DNA of 64,000 nucleotides, from the sequence record PZ583742.1, one strand, 5' to 3'. The notes beneath the pieces are model-generated. The model was given only the letters and a program-made list of their open reading frames with translations, searched no databases and was not told the DNA's origin. Below are positions 1 to 8,362 of the stretch, piece by piece. The translations under genes were made by a program, and so were the position numbers. Each line of letters starts with the position of its first letter. The first letter of the stretch is position 1. This stretch comes from a phage.

Positions 1-2
1 AA

Positions 3-86
3 CCCGTTACGGAAGACCTGATTAAGTTGATGTGGGATTCTACTCGCAAACAAATTTGGGAAATCGTAAATGGCATTAGTAAATAA
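3..86 (+). CDS. 3' end of a gene that begins upstream of the window (partial)
   Basis: Open frame from window edge to TAA at 84-86; only 27 codons visible. Confidence 0.25.
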   Translation, partial: PVTEDLIKLMWDSTRKQIWEIVNGISK

Positions 87-270
87 ACCCTTTAAACGGC
101 TTCTTATTGGAGCCGCTTTCAGACTTCGCTCATATGGTAATATCTGTATCAAACAGACCGAAACCGAATACAAAATGATGGGCCAATATTCTGATGGTAT
201 TTTTAAGATTGAGCCTGTAGCCAAGGTTTGGGTCGATTCTCATCAACTTAAGAAATGGTGGCAACGATGA
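70..270 (+). CDS. hypothetical protein (66 aa)
   Basis: ATG ORF upstream of gene 47; no recognisable motif. Confidence 0.3.
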   Translation: MALVNKPFKRLLIGAAFRLRSYGNICIKQTETEYKMMGQYSDGIFKIEPVAKVWVDSHQLKKWWQR

Positions 271-328
271 TAACATGGACAGGTGGCTAATGAACGACGA
301 ACATCCAGATTTTTAAGAGGCTATATGA

Positions 329-502
329 ATGACGAATTCGACGGATTTTGATAAGATTAAATCTGACAAAAATGAGATGATACTTCAATTTGAAGCCGCT
401 CGCATTAAAGCAGAAAATGAAGGTACTATTACCTATAAGCCTATCAAGTTCAGGTCTTCTCATGAACCTCTGTATGGTGTATTAATTGAAAAGGAAGCCT
501 AG
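329..502 (+). CDS. hypothetical small protein (57 aa)
   Basis: ATG 329 with AAGAGG 8 nt upstream; stop sits inside a stem-loop terminator. Confidence 0.4.
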   Translation: MTNSTDFDKIKSDKNEMILQFEAARIKAENEGTITYKPIKFRSSHEPLYGVLIEKEA

Positions 503-515
503 TGCTTCCTTTTTT
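493..515 (+). terminator. intrinsic terminator
   Basis: Stem GGAAGC 493-498 / GCTTCC 504-509 followed by a T run. Confidence 0.55.
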
Positions 516-539
516 GCTTTATATTCGGGATGATAAAAT
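515..539 (+). promoter_or_regulatory. MotA-box middle promoter candidate
   Basis: TGCTTTA at 515-521 and TAAAAT at 534-539, 19 nt between TGCTT and -10 start. Confidence 0.45.
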
Positions 540-559
540 GAACCAACTGAGGAGAGTAT

Positions 560-703
560 ATGGAATTATTTTTAGGATATGTCGTGCTATTCATGGCATT
601 CTACACATTCACAAGAGCTTGTTGGATAGGATTCTTTTCTACTCCTGACGGGTTCATTTCAGTAATTTTATTTTGCATTGCGATAACGGTGCTTGGCTTA
701 TGA
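560..703 (+). CDS. small hydrophobic peptide (47 aa), predicted membrane
   Basis: GAGGAG SD upstream; stop overlaps gene 47 ATG (ATGA). Confidence 0.35.
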   Translation: MELFLGYVVLFMAFYTFTRACWIGFFSTPDGFISVILFCIAITVLGL

Positions 704-1719
704 AAATTTTAAATTTAGGTGATTGGCACTTAGGTGTCAAAGCTGACGACCCATGGGCTCAAAACATTCAACGCGATGGTATTTTACAGGCGATTGCATA
801 TTCCAAAGCGAATGGGATTAAAGTCTGGATTCAATATGGGGATATTTTTGACGTCCGTAAGGCCGTAACGCATAAGACGATGGAATTCAGCCGTGAGATT
901 ATGGAACTCCTTCGTGAAGCAGGAATTACTATGCACACGATAGTCGGGAACCATGACATGAATCTGAAGAATAAGATTCATCCTAATGCTATCACTGAAC
1001 TCCTGAATAAGTATGACCATGTTAAAATCTACGATAAGCCAACGACTGTTGATTTTGACGGTTGTCAGATTGATATGATTCCATGGATGTGTGACGAGAA
1101 CGCAACTGACATTCACCAACATATCAAAACTTCTGGGGCTGAATATTGCATCGGTCACTGGGAATTAACCGGGTTTTATTTCTATAAAGGATTGAAATCC
1201 CACGGACTTGAGCCTGATTTCCTTAAGAAGTACAAGCAAGTTTGGTCTGGTCACTTCCACACAATTTCAGAAGCTGCAAACGTTAAGTACATCGGGACAC
1301 CATGGACATTAACAGCAGGTGACGAGAACGACCCACGCGGGTTCTGGGAATTTGATACCGAAACCGAAGAGATGAAATTTATTCCGAATGAAACCACCTG
1401 GCATCGGAAGATTTTCTATCCAAACGAAACTATTAACTACGACGACTTCAAAGACTTATCAGTCCGTGTTATTGTAGAAAAAGTCGATAAAGACCTGACC
1501 AAGTTCGAATCTGAATTAGAAAAGCGTGTGCATGAATTGCGTGTTGTCAATAAGGTTGATAACAGTGTTGACACATCAGACTCTGATGAAGAGTTAGACA
1601 TAAAACGCTTAACAGATATGATGGCAGAATATATCGATGCATTACCTGACGCTAATGAGAAAGAATCAAAAGCTCTCAAAGCATTGGCCAATAAATTATA
1701 TCTTGAGGTGCAACCGTGA
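700..1719 (+). CDS. 47: recombination endonuclease subunit gp47 (Mre11/SbcD-like)
   Basis: N-terminal MKILNLGDWHLG and GNHD phosphoesterase motifs; 339 aa; followed by gp46. Confidence 0.95.
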   Translation: MKILNLGDWHLGVKADDPWAQNIQRDGILQAIAYSKANGIKVWIQYGDIFDVRKAVTHKTMEFSREIMELLREAGITMHTIVGNHDMNLKNKIHPNAITELLNKYDHVKIYDKPTTVDFDGCQIDMIPWMCDENATDIHQHIKTSGAEYCIGHWELTGFYFYKGLKSHGLEPDFLKKYKQVWSGHFHTISEAANVKYIGTPWTLTAGDENDPRGFWEFDTETEEMKFIPNETTWHRKIFYPNETINYDDFKDLSVRVIVEKVDKDLTKFESELEKRVHELRVVNKVDNSVDTSDSDEELDIKRLTDMMAEYIDALPDANEKESKALKALANKLYLEVQP

Positions 1720-1979
1720 GACTTTATGATTTTAATGAAGCGGGTCTTGAACATATCCGCGAATGTGCTGTGGTTGACGACGATAATCAACCGAATACTA
1801 TTAAGTATTGGTTTGAAGCTATCACTGACCGGGAAACTGGTCAACTTATCAAAGTCTATGTAGTCACCGATTGGGCCGTGGAATTTAGCTTTAATGTAAT
1901 GGAAGATGATACTCCAGAGACATTAATTCATATGGCTGAATCATGCATCAAGGATGCTTATTATGATGAAGACTTTTGA
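1716..1979 (+). CDS. hypothetical acidic protein (87 aa)
   Basis: GTG start overlapping gp47 stop; fills gap between 47 and 46. Confidence 0.35.
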   Translation: MRLYDFNEAGLEHIRECAVVDDDNQPNTIKYWFEAITDRETGQLIKVYVVTDWAVEFSFNVMEDDTPETLIHMAESCIKDAYYDEDF

Positions 1980-2172
1980 ATTTAATCTTGATGATGAATT
2001 TGTAGCAAATATTGATTATACCGAAGAAGATTCTAGATATGTCGGAATAATTTATATCACATCAAAAACGGCGCAGGGAGTGGTTTGCATGGCTGAATTT
2101 GATGAATGCTTTTTAGATTATGATGATATGATAGAATGGTCTAAAAGATACATTAAAAGGAATCTTTTGTGA
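1963..2172 (+). CDS. hypothetical acidic protein (69 aa)
   Basis: ATG with AAGGA upstream; stop overlaps gp46 start. Confidence 0.35.
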   Translation: MMKTFEFNLDDEFVANIDYTEEDSRYVGIIYITSKTAQGVVCMAEFDECFLDYDDMIEWSKRYIKRNLL

Positions 2173-3851
2173 AGACTTTTAAGCTTAAGAAAGTTATCTA
2201 TAAAAATATTATGTCGGTTGGTGCTCAACCGATTACTGTTGAACTGGATAAAGTCCAAAAAACTCTGGTCACCGGCAAGAATGGTGCGGGTAAATCTACG
2301 TTCCTTGAAGCGGTTACCTTTGCTATGTTCGGTAAGCCTTTCCGTGATGTAAAGAAAGGCCAGTTGATTAACTCGAGCAACAAAAAAGATATGCTCGTTG
2401 AATTGTGGATGGAATATGATGGAAAAGAATACTATATCAAACGCGGGCAAAAACCCAATGTTTTTGAAATCTCTTGTGGCGGTAAACGTCTTGATGAATC
2501 TGCCAGCAGTAAAGACTTCCAAGCGGAATTTGAACAGCTCATCGGAATGTCCTATGCAAGCTTCAAACAGATTGTCGTACTCGGCACAGCTGGATATACC
2601 CCTTTTATGGGCCTATCCACTCCTGCAAGAAGAAAACTTGTCGAAGACCTTTTAGAGGTTTCTGTACTGGCCGATATGGATAAGCTGAACAAATCTCTTA
2701 TCCGCGAAGTCAATAGTCAAATCCAGGTGATGGATGTGCAGCATGACGGGATTGTTCAACAGATTAAAATCTATCAGGACAACGAAGACCGTCAAAGAAA
2801 ATTATCAGGTGATAATCTGTTGCGGCTGCAAACGATGTATGATGAACTTGCCACAGAAGCACGTGGAATCAAGACAACTATCGAAGAAGCAACAACAAGA
2901 CTGACCGAGATAATCTTGGGAGAAGACCCTGAGCATGAACTCACGAAGCTAAAGCAGGAATCATTTCTGATTAAGTCGAAGATAGACGATTACCGAAAGG
3001 TTGTTGGTCTGTACGAGAAAGGTGGTTGTTGTCAGACTTGTGCCAGTCAGTTGCATCCAGGAGACCCTATTGTCGCCAGGATTGAGTCAAAGATTGAAGA
3101 ATGTAATGCATCAGCTGATAAGCATAAAGCTCGCCAGAATGCTGTTCAAGAGCAATTTGATACGTATTCTGCTGCAAGACAAAACCAGCGTACAATAGCC
3201 CAAGACATTCAAACTAAGAAACAAACCTTAATCCAGACTGTTGAAAAGGCTAAAAAGGTTAAAGCATTAATCGAGCAAGCTAAGTCAGAATTCATTGACC
3301 ATGCAGCAGACATTAAAATGCTTCAAGACCAGCTTGATAAAATAGTCAAACAGAAATCTGACCTTGTGATGGAAAAATATCAACGTGGCATCCTAACGGA
3401 TATGTTGAAAGATTCCGGTATCAAAGGCGCGATTATTAAGAAATATATTCCTATCTTTAATAAGCAGATAAACGCTTACCTTAAAGTTATGGAAGCTGAT
3501 TATAGCTTTACGTTAGATGAAGAGTTCAACGAAACTATTAAATCTCGTGGACGTGAAGACTTCAGCTATGCATCATTTAGCCAGGGTGAAAAAGCTCGTA
3601 TCGATATTGCATTGCTGTTTACATGGCGTGATATTGCTGCGAAAGTATCTGGTGTTAATATTAACACCTTGATTCTGGATGAAGTTTTTGACTCGGCCAC
3701 TGATGTAGAGGGTGTTAAAGCAATTGCTACCATCCTGAACAAATTGGAAGACACCAACATCTTTATTATCAGTCACCGAGACCATGACCCGGAAGCATAC
3801 GGGCAACATCTCCAGATGAAAAAAGTTGGTCGATTCACTGTTATGGAATAA
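2169..3851 (+). CDS. 46: recombination endonuclease subunit gp46 (Rad50/SbcC-like ATPase)
   Basis: Walker A GKNGAGKST, central coiled coil with CxxC zinc hook, Walker B LILDEVFD; 560 aa; GTG start. Confidence 0.95.
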   Translation: MKTFKLKKVIYKNIMSVGAQPITVELDKVQKTLVTGKNGAGKSTFLEAVTFAMFGKPFRDVKKGQLINSSNKKDMLVELWMEYDGKEYYIKRGQKPNVFEISCGGKRLDESASSKDFQAEFEQLIGMSYASFKQIVVLGTAGYTPFMGLSTPARRKLVEDLLEVSVLADMDKLNKSLIREVNSQIQVMDVQHDGIVQQIKIYQDNEDRQRKLSGDNLLRLQTMYDELATEARGIKTTIEEATTRLTEIILGEDPEHELTKLKQESFLIKSKIDDYRKVVGLYEKGGCCQTCASQLHPGDPIVARIESKIEECNASADKHKARQNAVQEQFDTYSAARQNQRTIAQDIQTKKQTLIQTVEKAKKVKALIEQAKSEFIDHAADIKMLQDQLDKIVKQKSDLVMEKYQRGILTDMLKDSGIKGAIIKKYIPIFNKQINAYLKVMEADYSFTLDEEFNETIKSRGREDFSYASFSQGEKARIDIALLFTWRDIAAKVSGVNINTLILDEVFDSATDVEGVKAIATILNKLEDTNIFIISHRDHDPEAYGQHLQMKKVGRFTVME

Positions 3852-3875
3852 TGCTTTAAACAAGGATGTTATAAT
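3852..3875 (+). promoter_or_regulatory. MotA-box middle promoter candidate
   Basis: TGCTTTA 3852-3858, TATAAT 3870-3875. Confidence 0.45.
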
Positions 3876-3885
3876 AGAGGCTATT

Positions 3886-4077
3886 ATGGCTGACTTCTTA
3901 ACCGGGCAGCATTTACTGGCTGTCCCTGAAATTAAACGGTATGTGTTAGTTAATACCTTTTCGAAAGATGAACACCTTGTTACTGAACGTGACTTACAAA
4001 ACGCTTTCGGTGAAGAATATGTTAAAATAATCGCGAACAGACACAATGCCTGGTTTGCATATGAATACTTTGATTAA
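3886..4077 (+). CDS. hypothetical protein (63 aa)
   Basis: ATG 3886 with AGAGG upstream, just after the middle promoter. Confidence 0.4.
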   Translation: MADFLTGQHLLAVPEIKRYVLVNTFSKDEHLVTERDLQNAFGEEYVKIIANRHNAWFAYEYFD

Positions 4078-4101
4078 TTGATAATGAATAGAGAGAATAT
4101 T

Positions 4102-4509
4102 ATGAACAACGTAACTGCTAAAGATATCCAAGTTAAAACCATCCGCACCGACGCTAACCCACACAACCAAAACCGCATCCGCAAATCCTGGGTCCTGGCA
4201 TGTGATGAAGCATCTGCTGCCCGTCTGCAGTCTCTGCCGCAAGAAATTAAATTCATGCTGTACGGTGTGATTGATACTGATGTATCTGATAAGTGGATTG
4301 AACTGATGCGTAATCACTACAACGATTCACTGGCTGCTGGTGCTAAACTGGTTATCGACCGTGACGGTTCCGAACGTCTCGAAGATGATTACTGTGTTGA
4401 CTTCGACGACCACCTGGTCCAAGCTGGTTCTATTATTGCTGCGCAACTTCCAGAGTATATTGAATCTCTTCCGGAAGCTATCCGCAAACAAATGGCAGTT
4501 GTTGCGTGA
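4102..4509 (+). CDS. RpbA-like protein (by position between 46 and 45 and by size)
   Basis: 135-aa ORF with strongly biased codon use; start choice (4084 vs 4102) uncertain. Confidence 0.4.
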   Translation: MNNVTAKDIQVKTIRTDANPHNQNRIRKSWVLACDEASAARLQSLPQEIKFMLYGVIDTDVSDKWIELMRNHYNDSLAAGAKLVIDRDGSERLEDDYCVDFDDHLVQAGSIIAAQLPEYIESLPEAIRKQMAVVA

Positions 4510-5393
4510 ATTTGATTTATAAAATAACCTTTATAACAAGGGAACAAAATAATGAATTCCCTTGTTATTATATTGGTTCAAAGGTTGATACGACATTTAA
4601 TGGCCAAAATATTCTCGATAAAAATAATAAAATTTATACAGGTTCTCCGAATTCAAAATATACTACGCTGTATAATGAATTAATTGATAGCGGTGACTAT
4701 ATTGTTACTATCATTGGGGAAACAAAACAGGACCCAAGGAAAATAGAAAATATTTTTCAAATGTCAGTTAAAGCTGTAACCAATGAGAAATACTTTAATA
4801 AAACGTATGCACACGACAAAAGCCGCTATGATGCTCCTGGATATGCTCCATACCGAAACTTGAAAACGGGTAAAGTTGTTAAATTACATCCATCTGAACT
4901 TACATCTGATTATGTTGGTGTTCGTAAAGATTGTTCAATTTCAGATAAGCACATTCAAGCAATTAAAGACTTCCAAAAAGAATATTGGACTGACGAAGCT
5001 CGACAAGCAAGGTCTGTTGAAGTCAAAAATCGTTATAAAGATGTTGAGTATGCTTTAAAATTCAAAGCTATAATGAATACATCTGAAGTATATGAAAAAT
5101 ATTTAAAATCAATTACTGAATATTGGAATAATTCAGATAATAGAATAAAGGCTTCAAAACGAGCAACCGAACGAAATGCCAACCCTGAATTTAAAGAAAA
5201 ATTTAGGAAATCTAAAGCAAGAGGAACCTGGTTACAGTATGAAGATGAACTTAAAGCATTGTGGAATGCTTTAGGCCAACCAGGGTATATTAAGTTTAGA
5301 AAACACGCCATTGAACATGGGTTTAATGATGAAAACTATCAGGGTGCAATCCGGTCCTGGTCAAATTATTATGTTAATAGGAAAATGAAATGA
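4506..5393 (+). CDS. GIY-YIG-like homing endonuclease (Seg-like), free-standing
   Basis: N-terminal LIYKITF...CYYIGSK motif pair; AT-rich ORF wedged between conserved genes; GTG start. Confidence 0.5.
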   Translation: MNLIYKITFITREQNNEFPCYYIGSKVDTTFNGQNILDKNNKIYTGSPNSKYTTLYNELIDSGDYIVTIIGETKQDPRKIENIFQMSVKAVTNEKYFNKTYAHDKSRYDAPGYAPYRNLKTGKVVKLHPSELTSDYVGVRKDCSISDKHIQAIKDFQKEYWTDEARQARSVEVKNRYKDVEYALKFKAIMNTSEVYEKYLKSITEYWNNSDNRIKASKRATERNANPEFKEKFRKSKARGTWLQYEDELKALWNALGQPGYIKFRKHAIEHGFNDENYQGAIRSWSNYYVNRKMK

Positions 5394-6085
5394 AATTTAG
5401 TCGTGACACCATCGCAGTTTTGAAAAACTTCACCTCCATCTACTCTGGCATTATGCTTAAACCAGGCAATACCATCCTAACTCGTTCTGTAACTGGAGCG
5501 TCATATGGTGAATCTGAAATCAATGATACAATCGACTTTGAAGCGGCAATTTATGACCTGAACGGCTTCTTAAGTATCCTGGGCCTGGTAACTGACCAAG
5601 CTGAAGTATCTCTGTCTGAAGATGCATCGAATATCATTATCAAAGACCAACGTTCAACGATTCACTGGCCTGCAGCTGACCCGAGCACTATCGTGTTCCC
5701 TGCTAAGAAGATTCCTTTCCCGGTAGCTAAGGTTATCTTCGACCTGAAAGGCAGTGACCTGCAGCAGCTTCTGCGTGTGGCTGGTGGTTTGTCTCTGGAC
5801 ACTTTTGCAATCACCAACAAAGACGGTAAGATTGTTATCCATGGTTATAACCAGCTCGAAGATAAAGAATTAGCGCGTCCATTGTATTCCCTGGTGTGTG
5901 GCGATTACGAAGGCGATGCAGCGTTTAAATTTATCATTAACAAACTGAATATGAAAATGATTCCGGCTGATTACCGTGTTATGCTTTGGGCGAAAGATGA
6001 TAAATTTGCTACGAAGTTTGAAGGCACACAAGCAAGCTATGTGATTGCAATGGAACAAGGCTCTAGCCACGAATTCCAAGATTAA
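5390..6085 (+). CDS. 45: sliding clamp gp45
   Basis: 231 aa, similar to T4 gp45 along its length (e.g. FPAKKIPFPVA, LWAKD). Confidence 0.95.
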   Translation: MKFSRDTIAVLKNFTSIYSGIMLKPGNTILTRSVTGASYGESEINDTIDFEAAIYDLNGFLSILGLVTDQAEVSLSEDASNIIIKDQRSTIHWPAADPSTIVFPAKKIPFPVAKVIFDLKGSDLQQLLRVAGGLSLDTFAITNKDGKIVIHGYNQLEDKELARPLYSLVCGDYEGDAAFKFIINKLNMKMIPADYRVMLWAKDDKFATKFEGTQASYVIAMEQGSSHEFQD

Positions 6086-6088
6086 TAA

Positions 6089-6106
6089 ATGGGGCTTCGG
6101 CCCCAT
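6089..6106 (+). other. UUCG-tetraloop hairpin (no T run)
   Basis: ATGGGGC-TTCG-GCCCCAT between genes 45 and 44. Confidence 0.5.
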
Positions 6107-6143
6107 GGAGTACAAAGTAGAAACTAATATGAGGAAAATAATA

Positions 6144-7121
6144 ATGGCAACAGTAATTAACGGTTTGACAGTCAATGAATCCGACTTCATGTGGGAACAA
6201 AAATATCGCCCAGGTACATTATCAGAGTGTATTCTCCCGGCCCATGATAAAGAAACATTAGAGGCGATTGTTAAAAAAGGTTTGATTCCTAACTTGATTC
6301 TGGTCAGTAGTTCCCCTGGTACTGGTAAGACAACAGTTGCAAAAGCTATGTGTGCAGATACGAATTCTGATATGCTGTTTGTTAACGGCTCCGATTGCCG
6401 AATTGACTTTGTGCGTAATGAATTGACTCGCTTTGCATCATCCAAATCAATCGAAGGTCGCCGCAAGGTAATCGTTATCGATGAGTTCGACCGTGCAGGT
6501 CTGGCTGAATCACAACGGCACCTCCGTAGCTTTATGGAAGCTTATTCGAGTAACTGTTCAATCATTATGACCGCGAACAATATCGATGGTATCATCACTC
6601 CGTTGCAGTCTCGTTGTCGCGTCATTAAATTCGGTGAAGCAACTCCGGCTGACCAGACTACCATGATGAAAGAGATGATTCATCGTGCAGTCGCGGTATG
6701 TAAAAACGAAGGCGTTGAAATCGAAGACCTGAAAGTTGTTGCTGCTCTGGTTAAGCATAACTTCCCGGACCTGCGTAAGACAATTAACGAGCTTGACCGT
6801 TACTCTGCAAAGGGTGTTATCGATTCTGGTATTCTGAGTATCGTGACAAACAATCGCACACCAATTGATGATGTGATTGATGCCCTTAAGGACCGTAACT
6901 TTAAAGTTCTCCGTGGCTTGGCTCCTAAGCATGCAAATGATTATTCAAGCTTCATTGCAAAGCTGGCTGATGAAATGTATGGCAAACTGACTGGTGCAAG
7001 TATCATCCGCATGTATGAGATTGTAGGTGAGAATAATCAGTATCATGGCATTGCGGCCAATACCGAAGTACACTTGACTTATCTGTTTGCTCAACTGGCT
7101 GGGGAAATGAAATGGCTGTAA
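6144..7121 (+). CDS. 44: clamp loader large subunit gp44 (AAA+)
   Basis: Walker A SPGTGKTT, Walker B VIVIDEFD, SRC motif; start at 6144 after AGGA SD (upstream extension of the ORF-track frame rejected). Confidence 0.95.
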   Translation: MATVINGLTVNESDFMWEQKYRPGTLSECILPAHDKETLEAIVKKGLIPNLILVSSSPGTGKTTVAKAMCADTNSDMLFVNGSDCRIDFVRNELTRFASSKSIEGRRKVIVIDEFDRAGLAESQRHLRSFMEAYSSNCSIIMTANNIDGIITPLQSRCRVIKFGEATPADQTTMMKEMIHRAVAVCKNEGVEIEDLKVVAALVKHNFPDLRKTINELDRYSAKGVIDSGILSIVTNNRTPIDDVIDALKDRNFKVLRGLAPKHANDYSSFIAKLADEMYGKLTGASIIRMYEIVGENNQYHGIAANTEVHLTYLFAQLAGEMKWL

Positions 7122-7690
7122 GTCTCTTTGATGATGACGTTCAATTAAACGAACATGAGGTTGCGTGGAAATCACGCGACTTTAACAAAATTCAGGAATT
7201 GTCCGATTCATACAAAGAGAAAGCAGAAAATGAATTGTTCGCGATTCTTAACGACATAACCGTTAGCAAAAAACCACGGAACCTTATTCAATCAGAAAAC
7301 TACAATAAATTCTGGCTGGATAACGCATTGAGTCAACATGTTGATTGCATCATGCAGGTGAACGTGATGAACTTAATCGGTTCCGGGTTAACAGACCAGC
7401 AGCATTATAATTATTTGTTGCATGCAGTTCCACAAGGCAAGCGTTATGGCAAATGGGCCAAGGCTGAACCGGATGTAGTCAACGTCCAGCTTGTGTTAAA
7501 GCTTTTGATGAAATATTATACAATTAATGCAGATGATGCTTTGATGTATATGGAAACATTGAAAGTCAAAGGTAGTCTTAAAGATGTTTTGAAAAAGACA
7601 AAAGGTCTGGTAACGGATGAATTCTTAAAGACCGTTACCAGTAATGTGAAAGAACAAAAAGAAATTAAAAAACAAATATTGGAATGGTAA
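7112..7690 (+). CDS. 62: clamp loader small subunit gp62
   Basis: 192 aa, start overlaps gp44 end; matches T4 gp62 (GKRYGKWAK). Confidence 0.9.
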   Translation: MAVSLFDDDVQLNEHEVAWKSRDFNKIQELSDSYKEKAENELFAILNDITVSKKPRNLIQSENYNKFWLDNALSQHVDCIMQVNVMNLIGSGLTDQQHYNYLLHAVPQGKRYGKWAKAEPDVVNVQLVLKLLMKYYTINADDALMYMETLKVKGSLKDVLKKTKGLVTDEFLKTVTSNVKEQKEIKKQILEW

Positions 7691-7691
7691 A

Positions 7692-8060
7692 ATGATTGAA
7701 ATTACATTAAAGCAACCTGAAGACTTCCTGAAAGTTAAAGAAACTCTGACCCGTATGGGCATCGCAAATAATAAAGACCGTGTACTGTACCAGAGCTGCC
7801 ACATCCTCCAAAAGCAAGGTCGTTACTATATTGTTCACTTCAAAGAAATGCTGCGCATGGATGGTCGTCAGGTGGATATTGACGGCGAAGACTATCAGCG
7901 CCGTGATTCCATTGCTCAACTGCTCGAAGACTGGGGCTTAATTGCTATCAAAGAAGAAGAGCATAATGAATTGTTCGCAGTAACAAACAACTTCCGTGTT
8001 ATCTCATTCAAACAAAAAGACGACTGGAAGCTCGTAGCCAAATATACAATTGGTAATTGA
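7692..8060 (+). CDS. regA: translational repressor RegA
   Basis: 122 aa; MIEITLK...FRVISFKQK close to T4 RegA. Confidence 0.95.
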   Translation: MIEITLKQPEDFLKVKETLTRMGIANNKDRVLYQSCHILQKQGRYYIVHFKEMLRMDGRQVDIDGEDYQRRDSIAQLLEDWGLIAIKEEEHNELFAVTNNFRVISFKQKDDWKLVAKYTIGN

Positions 8061-8061
8061 T

Positions 8062-8277
8062 ATGAAGCATGAAATTGAAACATGTGAACGCCTTAAAGAA
8101 GTATACGGACTTTCCCCAACTCAAACTATTTTTGACCTTTCCGAAGAACTTCAAATAGAATTTCAAAAGGAACTCAATAAATTATTGCATCCTGGTCAGA
8201 GAGTCTTCCAGGCTATGGTTAGAACTAAAGATGAAAATGGTAATCCGACTATCGAACGTCGTACAATAGAAATTTAA
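8062..8277 (+). CDS. hypothetical protein (71 aa)
   Basis: ORF between regA and gene 43, ends at terminator hairpin. Confidence 0.4.
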   Translation: MKHEIETCERLKEVYGLSPTQTIFDLSEELQIEFQKELNKLLHPGQRVFQAMVRTKDENGNPTIERRTIEI

Positions 8278-8282
8278 AGCAA

Positions 8283-8301
8283 AGGGACTTCGGTCCCTTT
8301 T
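8283..8301 (+). terminator. intrinsic terminator (UUCG tetraloop)
   Basis: AGGGAC-TTCG-GTCCCT then TTTT. Confidence 0.55.
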
Positions 8302-8362
8302 GTAGTATAATAGCGTCAAGTCATAAAACAAAAGTCAATCACTCGACTATAAAGGAAACCAA

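Noticed and set aside
6045-6143. Upstream extension of the gene 44 ORF (ORF-track start 6045)
   Set aside because: The extension overlaps the gene 45 end and the UUCG hairpin; the T4-like N-terminus starts at ATG 6144 behind an AGGA SD.
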